The translations under genes and the position numbers were made by a program. A stretch of 63,344 nucleotides of DNA, the filler included. It is 14 parts of 14 records of this genome, joined end to end, with 100 filler letters (N's around TTAATTAATTAA, not from the genome) between each part and the next. Parts side by side here need not be neighbours in the genome. Positions count along the whole stretch, not along the records: positions 22,403 to 25,837 come from SRR9188676_2939; positions 25,938 to 28,193 come from SRR9188676_2940; positions 28,294 to 30,469 come from SRR9188676_2945; positions 30,570 to 33,377 come from SRR9188676_2983; positions 33,478 to 55,087 come from SRR9188676_2991; 9 more parts are not named here. One strand, written 5' to 3'. Each line of letters opens with the position of its first letter. Positions within the stretch are counted from its first letter, which is position 1. The notes under the pieces were generated by a model. The model had not been told where the DNA came from. It made no database searches and saw nothing but the letters and a program-made list of their open reading frames with translations. This document shows positions 22,625 to 34,470 of this stretch, in pieces.

Positions 22625-24508
22625 GCGTCGGCGGAGATGAATTCTTCGTCATCTTTTCGAAGAAGCTCATTGAACGTGTTGTCCATACCACCCTGCAAGA
22701 GAAATTCAGGAAAAATAAAAAAGTGAAAAAAAAGAATCGAACATAATCATCAGCGAAGCCCGGGAAAGTGTAAAGTGAAAAGTGAAATGAGGAAAGTGAA
22801 TCGATCGAGAGGCGGATTGTTTGCGGATTATCTCAGTCCAACTTATTACTTAAACAAGGAGAGGAGAGCGCTCGATCGGCGCGAAAATAACATGGGGGGA
22901 TGGTATACCCGTGCTTTCGATTCGTAAGAATGAGATACGTGAGATGTCTCTTTTTCATTCTGACTCGTAAATTACATGAATCGGGTCCCTGTCTGTGTGA
23001 CAATTAAAGAACTGTCACAAAGTGCAATCCATATTCGATTCGGAAACATTCGAGATGGGTGAAATCGTTAATGTTCCGAGCAGAATTTTTTCTTTCAGCT
23101 TGTGGTTTTTGCCTTAATGTAAGAGACTTTTCCAGTTTATGATTACACGCGTTGGATACTGTGCAAAAAGTATATCGAGCTTACTTTCACCTGTCATGCC
23201 TTGGTGGATAGATTCTTCCGAAACAAAAAAAATCAAATTTTCGAAAAGGGATATCTCAACCAGAACTTAAATTTTCTCGCGAGTGTGGAACGGAAAATTT
23301 CATCCCCCGAATTGCGATTTCAGCCAAATCATAGCTGAATATTAGATGCAGGGAGACCCTTGTCCTAGATGCTCATAGTAATAGATTAAGGCTGGTTGCG
23401 TCGAGGAAGATTCGCCGCCCCGAAAAACACCCTCATAAGTAAGTAGCCTGAATAAATTACTATTCCCCTCAGAATATCGCGACCTTTGACCGATGTAAAA
23501 TCAAAAGTGTGACATAAATCAATCTTGATTGCGATATTGAGTAGTCACGATGTTCGCGAAAAAGCAATAAAGAACAAAGATAAAAGACTATTGACATACC
23601 ATTTCGTCACCACCTTTCTTCAGCAGGAAGCGTCGAAGTCGCTCTGCACGCTGAGCAACAGTCTCCGCAAAGTACGTCGCCACCTAGAACATTCCGAATG
23701 AAATAACTGGGACTCAGAACAGGCATATCTGGCACGATTACGGCGGACAATAGCAAAGTTTTGGGTCGTTGTACAATGAGGCATTGTGGGTTTGAATCAA
23801 GATATGGGGATAGGCAACCAAGAAACACATTTTTTAAAATTGAAATACCCAAAAGAAAATGAATCAAATCGAGATTGTAGTGCATCTCGGGAATTGTTCT
23901 CGTACCTGATTGTACCTTCGCAACATGGAAATCACTTCATCGACTGGAAGTGTAGGCTCTGGAAGTTGAGAATCATCCTCCTGTAACATAAAAATGTTCC
24001 GAAAGACTGAGAATTGAAGAAGACAAAAAAACCAATTCAATCGGAAACGTACGAGCACGCGCTCTCCGAACGTCTTTTCGCTTTGCTTTTTCTTTTCAAG
24101 ATTCTTTGGTTTATTCGCAGCAAAAAGCTATTCAAGGGAAAATAGCTCGAATAAGCAGCAAATACAAGGAAAATGAATCAAGAATCGCCAACCTCGTCTT
24201 CATCTACAAGACCGAGCTTTTCTCGGCGCTTCTTTTCCTGCAAAGGGCCAAGCAATATATATTAAAATTTCAGTGCGCATGCATTGTCTTGATCATACCT
24301 TTTCTTCATCTCTTTTCTTCTGTTCTTCACGATATACTTTCTCTTTTTCCGACAAGATCTCTCCTTTCCGGACAAACTTCTTGCGGCCTTCGCCTCCGCT
24401 GCCAGCACCATCATCATTTCCGTTTCCATTCTCGGCATTTGGCTCAGTACTCGCGAGAGGCCTTTTCCTTTTCGCCTTCTCTCTTTCCAAGATCGCAGCG
24501 AGATCCAT
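22625..24508 (-). CDS. PRPF18: Pre-mRNA splicing factor Prp18, N-terminal exons
   Basis: MDLAAILEREKAKRKR..KKFVRKGEI; PRP4-like motif split over exons (LPVDEVISMLRRYNQ | VATYFAETVAQRAERLRR); then GGMDNTFNELLRK. Truncated by the contig end. Confidence 0.75.
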
Positions 24509-24646
24509 TTTTTCGAAGTGTCCCTTTCCTTCCCCGCACAAATCAGTGATCGGGTTCTCGATCCTGATTCCCGTTTTTAAAGAAAGGTTGCGATGTGTGA
24601 TGTGACAAGAATTTCTTGCGCCTTGCGTGCCTGCTGCTGGCTTGAA

Positions 24647-25257
24647 ATGGAGAGAGAACCCAAGAGACTGTGTACTCGCGATGAGGTAAATATTCTCTAC
24701 AGTTCCGAAGAGAACTGGGTGATCTTTTTCTCTCTGAAACGGGATCGGTGTGGAAAATTCTCATGGATGTCCGGCGCGGTGTTGGGTTTTAGCTGGTTGA
24801 TTTCTTTTTGATTTATCAATCGATCTGCGAGAGTGTGAATTATCTGCTGATAACATTATACATGGAGCTTAAACAACGTCTGGACTTCTTTCGCCTATGA
24901 TCAGTTGCAACACCACGAAATAGTTTTGCTAAATAGAATATCCTATTGTGTCCCGACTTCTTTCTAATCTGTTTCTTGATCTTGGCAGAAATTTTCTGAC
25001 GAGACAAACTCAAATGATTTCCAAAGCACGACGGTGAACGAAATCAAATCCCTCTGGCAGCATGTTCATGCCCTTGAAGAAATAATTAAGAAATCTACAA
25101 GTCCACCCGCTCTTCAGAAGGATGAGATTCCCTATCAAATTGACTTCAATGTCGGAGGAAAGCTCTTCTCGCTCTCCAGAGAGACCCTAGGCAAATATCC
25201 TGACACCTATTTTACTGCCCTCCTGAACAGCACGAAATGGTCTACAGCTCAACAAGG
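24647..25257 (+). CDS. KCTD-type BTB/POZ domain protein, partial
   Basis: The exon at ~24989-25257 has QIDFNVGGKLFSLSRETLGKYPDTYFTALL. The start codon and exon linkage are uncertain. Confidence 0.65.
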
Positions 25258-25955
25258 TGCGCCTCTCCACAGGACATCTTTTCATATCATATCATACACC
25301 ATCCTCTTCGAATTGGTATTCAGTGACTCCTCTTCGAATTGATATTCAGTGACCGGTTTGGGCAGAGCGCATAATTCATACCTCCACATCCACAGCCACA
25401 ATATTATTGTTCCGCTGGGGGCTGGAAACGTCATTCTGCAGTTTTGATATTTCTCTCCCGGCCTTATCGACATCTTCAATGTCTACAATTCTTCCTACCA
25501 TCGGTTTTCAGCTCGGCCTTCGGCCTCGCTTCGTCGCGACGCGACTCACAAGCTATAATACTTCTAGTTGTCAGGAGAATCAACAGTTGATCATTTGTGA
25601 GATCGGTCTCGATTCTTCCGGCTTCATAACACATATTATCCCGCTATCAGATTGGAAATTCGATGGCTGGGTACTAGGTTCTCTATCATCCAGGCAGACT
25701 AGTTCCATAAGGTTGCAAATTTGAATATCTATATTTAATGCGTTTTTCGAAGAGAAATCGCGAATAGTGATGAGAAACAACTTCATTTTCTCCATAATGT
25801 TATGTGTTCCTCTGCTTATCCTAACGGGCAGAGGAATNNNNNNNNNNNNNNNNNNNNNNNNNNNNNNNNNNNNNNNNNNNNTTAATTAATTAANNNNNNN
25901 NNNNNNNNNNNNNNNNNNNNNNNNNNNNNNNNNNNNNTCCAATCTCTCGCAGATT

Positions 25956-28046
25956 TTGAAGGACACCAACGTCCAGACTCTCTTCATGGTAGTTCTCCAA
26001 TCCAATGATCATCACATCCAACCACATCAGCAGAAGGAACCGAAAGAAAGAGGTATTGTTGCTCGTCTTCTCGAATGCCTTGATGTCGATTCAAGGGAAT
26101 CATATATAACCCATTCGTGCAAGAAGGGATGGACAGCATTGATGTATGCCAGCGAGAATGGGCTGACAGCCACGGTAGCTTTGCTTCTTGAAGGCCTTGA
26201 TGTCCAACGGAGACTAGCATACATTCTTCATTCCTGCGAGTATCTTGGACAAACTGCACTGATACTAGCTTGCAGAAACATTGATATCGAAACTGCATCA
26301 CTCCTTGTTGAGTCCCTTGATTCCAAATCTCGACCAGCTGCGATCCTTCATGAAGACAAATATGGATACACTGCTCTCATTGGTGCCTGTGATGCCAAGT
26401 CCACATTTCCTCTTTCCCTCCTTCTAGAGCCACTAGACAACAACCAGAGACAATCTTACATTCTTCATCCACATTCCAGTGGAAGAACTGCTCTCTTCTT
26501 TGCCTGTAGGATTGGCAACATTGCAGCAGCAAGAGTCCTTCTCGACTCTCTAGATAGCAAGCAAAGACCCGACTATGTCTTCCATCAAACTCGAAGAGGA
26601 GAAACAGCTTTGATGTGTACTGCCCGGCCAGACCTGATTGCCCTGCTTCTTGAATACATTGACACGCGGCAGAGACAACAAGATTACATTCTGCATTCAG
26701 ATAATAATCGTTCAACTGCACTTATCTATGCCTGCACCTTTGGTTTTGCGGCTGCTGCCTCTTTCCTTCTTGAGTCCCTTGATCCCGAATCTCGCCATTC
26801 ATATCTCTTTCATGAAAATCTAACTGGAATGAATGCCCTCTTTGCTGCTTGCCGTTGCCTTGAAACAGTATCCATCTCATTCCTTTTTGAGTCACTCGAC
26901 AAGAGTCAGATGCAACAGTACATCTCTCACCGCAATTCCAGACAAGACTCGGCACTTGATATTGCTTGCTCTACTGGATTGACTGCTGTGGTCACCGAAA
27001 TCCTTCAACTTCTTGATTCAATTGCGCCTGGGTTGAAGCAGCAGCTCATTCTTGAACAAGATAGGTTCGGCAGTACAGCGTTGATGGTCGCATGTCAAAG
27101 TAATTCTGTCGAGATCGTCTCACTCCTGCTTGACGCTCTCCTGGATGAATCACAGCGATATGCCTACATTCTCCTAGAACCATCTCATCCATTTCGTCAT
27201 TCAACTTCAGCGCTCTCCTGCTCAAACTACGATCCAGCTACTTTCAACTTGCTCCTGCGCCACCTCATCTCGGCCAATCTCTCACCGAATGAGAATCAGA
27301 AAATGTCACTTGAGCATACATTTTCTCATTTTCTCTCTCATCCTACGCAGCCTAGATTGGTCCACGAGCTCTTGCTCTTCCTGCCTGCTGACTCTGCTCT
27401 CCCGCCCACACTCCTTGACTATTTTTCTGCATTCATCCATCCCAAGATACATCCATTCTTTCAGCAGTCATGCTCTCCTCATCTCTACCATCTCCTCTGC
27501 ATTCTCAATGCCCTGCTAAACCGTAATGCATCCCTCACAAAGACCATCCTTGCACGAATTTCATCCGAGGCAAGAGAATCAAGCGGGAAAACCGCCATGG
27601 AATGCTTTGTGTTGACTATGCTGCAAAAATGGTGCCGAGTGCTTGATGTGATTTGTATGAGGAAGGAGGATGTGAATGTTGCATCAGTGCCTGGTGATCC
27701 AATGGATCATTTGGATTTGGATATGGATATGGGTAGGGGTATGGGCATGGATTTGGATATGGATATGGAAAGCTTCGAGCTGCTGAAAACCGCTGTCATT
27801 GACTTTGTCCAGCATTGGCAAGAGAGCATTGCATCCTCATCCTCACACTCGCATGGGGCCTCATTGACTGCCTCCCGTTCTTCCTCGCTGTTTTGGGCTG
27901 AAAACGGACATTCTGGCAGCATCATGGATATTCTTCCCTTGACTTTCCTGGCTGCATTTCATCGAAACGTTCTTCTGCCTGGCATTTCCAACATGATTTC
28001 TGATGTCACTGATCTCATTGCGGATGTCGCTGATGTTACTCTTTAA
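25956..28046 (+). CDS. Ankyrin-repeat protein with ~10 elongated (39-aa) repeats and an unknown C-terminal domain, 5'-truncated
   Basis: 696-aa intronless ORF with unit SYILHPHSSGRTALFFACRIGNIAAARVLLDSLDSKQRP; (MD/MG)n tract near 27700-27770. Confidence 0.85.
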   Translation: MKDTNVQTLFMVVLQSNDHHIQPHQQKEPKERGIVARLLECLDVDSRESYITHSCKKGWTALMYASENGLTATVALLLEGLDVQRRLAYILHSCEYLGQTALILACRNIDIETASLLVESLDSKSRPAAILHEDKYGYTALIGACDAKSTFPLSLLLEPLDNNQRQSYILHPHSSGRTALFFACRIGNIAAARVLLDSLDSKQRPDYVFHQTRRGETALMCTARPDLIALLLEYIDTRQRQQDYILHSDNNRSTALIYACTFGFAAAASFLLESLDPESRHSYLFHENLTGMNALFAACRCLETVSISFLFESLDKSQMQQYISHRNSRQDSALDIACSTGLTAVVTEILQLLDSIAPGLKQQLILEQDRFGSTALMVACQSNSVEIVSLLLDALLDESQRYAYILLEPSHPFRHSTSALSCSNYDPATFNLLLRHLISANLSPNENQKMSLEHTFSHFLSHPTQPRLVHELLLFLPADSALPPTLLDYFSAFIHPKIHPFFQQSCSPHLYHLLCILNALLNRNASLTKTILARISSEARESSGKTAMECFVLTMLQKWCRVLDVICMRKEDVNVASVPGDPMDHLDLDMDMGRGMGMDLDMDMESFELLKTAVIDFVQHWQESIASSSSHSHGASLTASRSSSLFWAENGHSGSIMDILPLTFLAAFHRNVLLPGISNMISDVTDLIADVADVTL

Positions 28047-28603
28047 TGGAGTGTTGACCACATTTCATTTCACTCATTTCATTCCCTCCTTTGGTCTTAT
28101 TGCTTAAGATCGCACTATTTTTTTGTTAGTGTATTTCCGTCCATTCATTTTATAGTAATAACATGCAGGCCTCGAGGGTGACGACACTAGCCCNNNNNNN
28201 NNNNNNNNNNNNNNNNNNNNNNNNNNNNNNNNNNNNNTTAATTAATTAANNNNNNNNNNNNNNNNNNNNNNNNNNNNNNNNNNNNNNNNNNNNCCCCCCC
28301 CCCCCCCAAATTCTTTGTATCATCCTCGCTTCCTCAAATGCATACATCGACATGAATTATTTTTGTTTCTTTTCTTCGGCGAGAATATCGAATAGCGAGG
28401 CATGCTGATGCCCGATGTACCTTGACTTTGTTTGCCTTGTGCCTTTGTATCAGGTTATTTAAAGACCCCCCCAAAAAAATGCCAGAATCTGAGAAGTCTT
28501 TTAGAGACATGTGACATTCTTCTGTCTTTACTGATTTTATTTTTACTCTGGCTGTCGTTTTTTGAGGGAACTTGAGGGCCGATTTTTTTTTAAATTTTTT
28601 TCC

Positions 28604-28690
28604 AAGGATCCTATCTTCTTGGTGCAGCCTGACTTCACGAGACCCTTTGAAGTTCAGACTGACAATTATGGGATTGGTGCGTCCTTATTT
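28604..28690 (+). mobile_element. Ty3/Gypsy-type RT-RNase H connection relic
   Basis: KDPIFLVQPDFTRPFEVQTDNYGIGASL resembles PDFxxPFxVQTDASxYGIGAVL with a small deletion; no flanking pol sequence. Confidence 0.6.
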
Positions 28691-28797
28691 TTAATTCCTC
28701 GATTCTCCCCTTGTATTTTAAATAAATCGGTAATGTGTCAAAACTCTGCCGAAGGGAGCGAGGGTGGCTGCAACAAAATCCGGAAGAATTACAAAAA

Positions 28798-29418
28798 ATG
28801 AAAAATAAAAAAAAGATTGGCTCCGTCAGGACTCGAACCCGAACCCGAGCAATTGAACTTTCTCTGGACAGAGGTTTCGAAAGAACGAACCTCTTCCACT
28901 CGTTTTGGGAAGATGTCTCTTCCGGGCCAGGTAATGCTTTCTCAATTCTAATATTCCTATTTTTTTTGTCTAATCAGTGTGTAATATTGATGCCATCTCA
29001 TAGCCGAAGCCCGTGAACGAAAATGAGAAGGTCTATTGTGATTCATGCCGAGATTATGTCAATAAGGCGAATTTCTCGTAAAGATTTCCCTTTATTCTAT
29101 CTCTTTTCTTTATGTTAACCGATTTTATGTGTAGAGCGCATCAAGAGTCAAAAGGCCACACGAACATGATTCTCCGAGGTTCGCACTCGCATCGCTCTTC
29201 TTTCCTCGGGCTTTTTCTCACTTCCCTTTTGATGGTTTGGGCAGTGGAGAAATCTCTACAAGCATTAGACGATATAGCTAAGGGATGGATGTACATGCCG
29301 GCAACTGGACCATTTCGTGTTCGATGCCTTGCATGCGATTGGGAAGGGGCGGGTGTTATGAGCCCTGAGATGATCCAATTGCACGTTCAAGGGAAAAAAC
29401 ATAAGAAGCGAGCTGAAG
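28798..29418 (+). CDS. U1/matrin-type C2H2 zinc-finger protein, partial multi-exon model
   Basis: CLACDWEGAGVMSPEMIQLHVQGKKHKKR at ~29325-29411, followed by a GT donor at 29419. The start is tentative. Confidence 0.5.
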
Positions 29419-30261
29419 GTATTTCTTCAAACTCTCATCACTCACTTTTCATCCATAGGGCACTTATGACACGTCTTTCACTCTCTTTCATCTCACTACT
29501 TTTATCATATTATATTCATCCAGCCCATTGTTTCTTATTCTTTTAAACCACTTTTCAGATTCATTCTATTACTTTTTCGAGCGATTCTATCCGGGTATTT
29601 CGTTTCTTTTGCTTATGATGATGGAAAGTACGGGATGATCTCCTCTTTATCATATGTAACTGATCATTTGTGGCTTTTCTAACTGATCAAGGTGAGGAGA
29701 ATGATCCATGTAATCCATCTGAGAACAACCCGCCACAAATATAGAATATAATGTCGCTCGTCGAGATTGTCTGGAAAATGTGTGTTACGAAAGCGTTATG
29801 TGCTACTCCTCAGAAGAAACTGCGAATATGATAAGGCATGAGGCATTCAACACTGGCATACACTTTCTCTCTCAAAAAACACATTCGATACTAGATGAAT
29901 AAGGCATGAGGCTTGAATCTTTTCCCATCAGACATTCAACATCTTCACCGACAAAGAAAAACCACATTATTTCCTCGGATCTTGCAATTGGATTCATCTG
30001 AGTCTCTGGATTGCAATGCAATCAATAGCTCGTCTGTGTGATTCATCTGCAATTCATCGTCACGCCCATCTTCACACAGATTTTGATCATCACAAGCAGA
30101 AAGAAAGTATTAGTTCCCTCAACATTTTTTGTCATCAGCTCCACTGGAGGATTATTCATTGTGTGTGGAAAATAAGAAATGATAGGCATTAGATCAAGAC
30201 AATGTTCATGCTGACAATAATAATGATTGGAAAACAATATCCCCGTGCATCATTCGAGTGT

Positions 30262-30382
30262 TACCTCGAATTCTGGCCATCCTCAAATTCTGGTCATAGG
30301 GGGGGCAACAAAGGGGTTACGTTGGAGCCTTTTTCTTGTTACCCCCCGACCAGGATATGAGGTAAGACCAGAATTTGAGGTA
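30262..30382. mobile_element. MITE-like foldback element
   Basis: Left end TACCTCGAATTCTGGCCATCCTCAAATTCTGGTCATAGGGGGGGCAACAA matches the reverse complement of the right end, TACCTCAAATTCTGGTCTTACCTCATATCCTGGTCGGGGGGTAACAA. TA at both extremities. Confidence 0.65.
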
Positions 30383-30836
30383 GCATTCTACTCAATGAAT
30401 TAACACGAAACACTCACAGAAATAATGATGCTGTTGTTTGTGATCATCCTTTCCAGGAAAATCCCCCCCNNNNNNNNNNNNNNNNNNNNNNNNNNNNNNN
30501 NNNNNNNNNNNNNTTAATTAATTAANNNNNNNNNNNNNNNNNNNNNNNNNNNNNNNNNNNNNNNNNNNNACTATCCCAACAATTAAGGTAGAGCAGATGG
30601 ATAGATAGATAAGCCCATAACGGATAGAATTTACTGGCCTTACAGGAGTCATGAAAGATAACGACCCGCGCAAATAATGACATGACCAAAATCAGGACAT
30701 AATCTATTGCGAAACTATCCCTCCAAATATGTCCAGTTGCAAACAGAGTCATTGGAAAATAGATGGCTTTGGGGTAGAGGGGTGGTGGGGGTGGGGATGA
30801 ATATTAAATGACGTGTTTGTGAATGATGCCGAGTCA

Positions 30837-31717
30837 TCATTTTGATTTTCTGTAATTATACTCTGCTTCGAATGACTCGGGTCGGGATTTCCATTCCATC
30901 TTAGGTCCATACCGGTAGGGGGTGGCCTCGACCTTCAGGAAATATCCAACATCCGCATCAGCAGGTGTGTACAGCACGTATTGGCCCACTTCTTCCCACG
31001 ACGTGACATGTTTGCTGCTGCTGCCTCGTCCTTTCATCGAAAAGTGGAGGATATGAAAAGACAAAGAAAGTTGGACATAAGATATTGAAAACAGCGTTTT
31101 TTGACATATTTACGCGGGTCGAGTAGATCAACATTAAAAGCTGACCTTCCACACTTGCTAAGCGAGATAGAGAAAAACGAGAGAAAGAAAAAAGAGAGAG
31201 ACAGAAGTGGGCATACCACGGTACCACTTCCATTCGACATCAGCCGTGTAGACCGAAGTAAACTCCACAGGACCTAATGCATACCCGCCCGAAAGGGGAA
31301 GCAGGTTCGTGATGGATATACTTTCGACCAAAGGGGTGTTGAGTTCGACTTCATATGTATCTTCGTTCAATTGGAGGAGGTAGCCAGCTTTCCATGCGTC
31401 GATATGATGCAGATTCCCTTCAATTTTCCTTCCATATGAGTCACTCAAGGTTGGAAAAGGCAGAGGGGTTGTCGCAAGCTCGACTTGTTGCTTGGTTTTC
31501 GTTTTCTGGAGGCAATTGGTGATGAGCGATCATGAGAATTGAAGGGAGAGGGTCTTACGGGCTGAGAAAGCGACGTATGCAGTCGTGATAGAACTTTATC
31601 CAAAGGTTCAGAGGGTTCCCTGGCGAAATTCCTTTGCAGTCCATTCGGAAGAGTGAGAGAAATCTTGAACAATGGCTCCCCAGCTAAATATCTGACAAAC
31701 ACGCGTCGCCGAGCCAT
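30837..31717 (-). CDS. PDE12: 2',5'-phosphodiesterase 12 (CCR4-like deadenylase), N-terminal exons
   Basis: VFVRYLAGEPLFKISLTLPNGLQRNFAREPSEPLDKVLSRL, IDAWKAGYLLQLNEDTYEVELN and LYTPADADVGYFLKVEATP match the PDE12 N-terminal region; the catalytic EEP domain is not seen. Confidence 0.78.
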
Positions 31718-32215
31718 CCAGAAGTCTAGAAGCAAGTCACTGCTCTCACAATTCGCGAATATGCAGTCCAAGGTTTGGTTCTCGCTTTTGAACTGTTCAC
31801 TTCCGAGCCAAGTGGTCGCAAACGAAATTTTTCGTCTTTCGCGTGGCAGTGTTCATAAAATGTGTGCATGCCAACTTTACGAACCAGTTTAGTAACTTTC
31901 CCCGACAAGGCGTGAGCACACTTTTGTTCAACAAGGGACCCGAATTCGGGAGTTTTTCGAGAGGCCTGAAGCAAAGAAAGTCCAGGTGAGAGCATGTTAT
32001 CGAAATGAAATGAAGAAGAGATTCCGAGATTCCTTTCCCTCGTTTTACATTCCCCTGAAGGTACTCGTTGTCAGGAGAAAGTTTCTCCTGTCTTTGTTTT
32101 TTCAGCAGAGAGTCTCTTTGTAGCTCACTGTTTCCGATTGAATTGGGCTATCAGTTGTGATAATTCGACGACCAACTGACTTCGCTCATCATCCTCTCAT
32201 ACTCTCTGAAGAATT

Positions 32216-32552
32216 ATGGCCCATGTTCCTTTGCTTGAGTGGGAAGTTGATGATTTAAAGGAGAGGTACTGCGTTTCGGACCTTTTCCCCATATTTCAGA
32301 GACCAGTTCGACCGATTTTATTTACAATTCTTCGCTTCTTATAGATGCACACACTGCGATAAAGATTTCTGGCTCCTGTCCCGTCGCCATCATTGTCGTC
32401 TATGTGGACGCATCTTTTGTGCAGATTGTTCCTCCAACATTGAACTTCTTCCTGCTTACGGTTTCACTCAAACTCCTGTCCGTGTTTGTGCGTCATGTTA
32501 CTCCTCCGTTGTCTATGAAACAGCTGGGTACGTACTTAATGTATCATATTGA
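32216..32552 (+). CDS. Small FYVE zinc-finger protein
   Basis: Exons 32216-32265 and 32345 onward give WEVDDLKERCTHCDKDFWLLSRRHHCRLCGRIFCADCS..PVRVCASCY, with WxxD, RRHHCR and RVC motifs. Not in the ORF track. It ends at TGA 32550-32552 unless the 32528 donor is used. Confidence 0.85.
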
Positions 32553-33723
32553 GCAGCAACATCCACCAACTTCATCGACTCAAAGCATTATAATCAGAGC
32601 TGGAAGAGACAACAATAGCACATCAGGCTGCACCAATCATATCTGTCATTGACACTCATTTTTTATACCACTGAATCTGGTCAGCGACAGACACACACAT
32701 AGGCACACATTCATTACATCGTCGTCATAACAGACAAATACAACTGATTCACTGCTCTCTAAGTCAATTATCATTTCTGAAACTCTACTTATCACGATTT
32801 ATTTTGCTCTCCCTACCCTCTTCCCCACCCCATCTCTCCCTTTTCCAATGAAGCTCGAAGCGAGCAGCCCTTGAATCTGAAGCCTTTCTTGAAGAGCCAG
32901 GAACTCTTTCTTCAACTTGGACCAAAGTGACTCTTCGCCTTGTTTTAAGCTCGAAGAAAAAAGGGCGTGTAGGGCCACGAGTCGAGCTGTTTTCCACGGT
33001 ACGCCACATCTTGTCATATTATGTCCTGCAGAAGCCTGCTGGAATGATTGATCCAGGAGGGAGGATACAAAATGGTACGGAGAGGAGTTTTTTGTTGGGT
33101 AATGTAGGGTGCCCCTCGGTACTACCACTACCAGATTTGGCAATCCCTCTCAACTTTCCTCTCTCGTTGATTCATTCAGGAATATCTTTGCGCTGAAGAT
33201 CTGTTCGAGAACATCTTCTGAAAAGTCTTTCCCCATAATCTGTTTTTTCCCCCTTTCTTTCTTCCAGGATTGAATACAAGTCGAGGGAGAGAAGGGTGGG
33301 AAATGAGTTTGATGAAGATGGAGAGTGATATTCCTGGTATTCTGTATATATCTGTGTGTATTTTTTGTCCTGTACTANNNNNNNNNNNNNNNNNNNNNNN
33401 NNNNNNNNNNNNNNNNNNNNNTTAATTAATTAANNNNNNNNNNNNNNNNNNNNNNNNNNNNNNNNNNNNNNNNNNNNTTGAAAAACTATTTTGTAGGGTA
33501 GAAAAAATATTTTTCACCCTTGAAAAAATTCTCTTATCACCCTCTCATTTTTTGTCTAAGTTTCCTAAGTCATTTAATTTCTGTAAAGCTAAATTATTAA
33601 AACTAATGAATAGTGTCTGTTGGCAATTGGTTTATTAGTTTACATTATATACTTTTAAGAAAAAACGCAAGTATGAGTATATTTATCAGTTATATGTCAT
33701 TACAAACAAGCATTTTACACTAA

Positions 33724-34332
33724 ATGGGAACATGGTTAGAAGACATTGTTCAATCAATGACTGAATTAGGAGGAATAAGTCATTACTCCGATTTGTATAA
33801 GAAAGTCAGTGAAATAAGAACCCAAACTCTGCCCAAGAGTTGGCAAGCAATCATACGTAGAGCAATTGAAGTAAATTCTTCAGACTCTGAAGCCTTCGCA
33901 GGCAATGACGATTTGTTCTTTTCTATAGAGGGGCTAGGAAAAGGAATTTGGGGACTTCGCAATTATGTTCCTGCAATCATGAATGTAGATTTAACGGAGG
34001 ACGATATTGAATTTCCCGAAGGAAATGAACTACTTAAAAGACATATTATTCGTGAGCGAAATCCACGTTTAGTTTTCGAAGCAAAAAAAGCATTTAAAGA
34101 AAAGAATGGAAGACTTTATTGTGAGGTTTGTGATTTCGTCTTTGTTGAGAAATATGGAAAAGTAGGTGAAGATTTTATTGAAGCACATCATATAAAACCT
34201 ATCTCGGAAATGACAGTAAACGAAAATACTAAAATTAGTGACTTAGTCATGGTTTGTTCTAACTGTCATAAAATGTTACATCGTAAAAGACCATGGTTGA
34301 CTAAGGACAGTTTAAGATTACTTCTAAAATAA
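33724..34332 (+). CDS. HNH endonuclease (McrA-like putative restriction nuclease)
   Basis: EG..ERNPRL..CEVC..IEAHHIKP..DLVMVCSNCHKMLH. Confidence 0.88.
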   Translation: MGTWLEDIVQSMTELGGISHYSDLYKKVSEIRTQTLPKSWQAIIRRAIEVNSSDSEAFAGNDDLFFSIEGLGKGIWGLRNYVPAIMNVDLTEDDIEFPEGNELLKRHIIRERNPRLVFEAKKAFKEKNGRLYCEVCDFVFVEKYGKVGEDFIEAHHIKPISEMTVNENTKISDLVMVCSNCHKMLHRKRPWLTKDSLRLLLK

Positions 34333-34470
34333 CGAACCTTGATTGCCCCCGCTGTTCCAAGTCTTTTTTGACTTGAAACAATAAATAAAATGCAGACTCA
34401 GTCTGCAAGTGTAAGTACTTTCCAATAAATTAGAACATTATTTAATTGGTCATCATAGCAATAATTTCAA

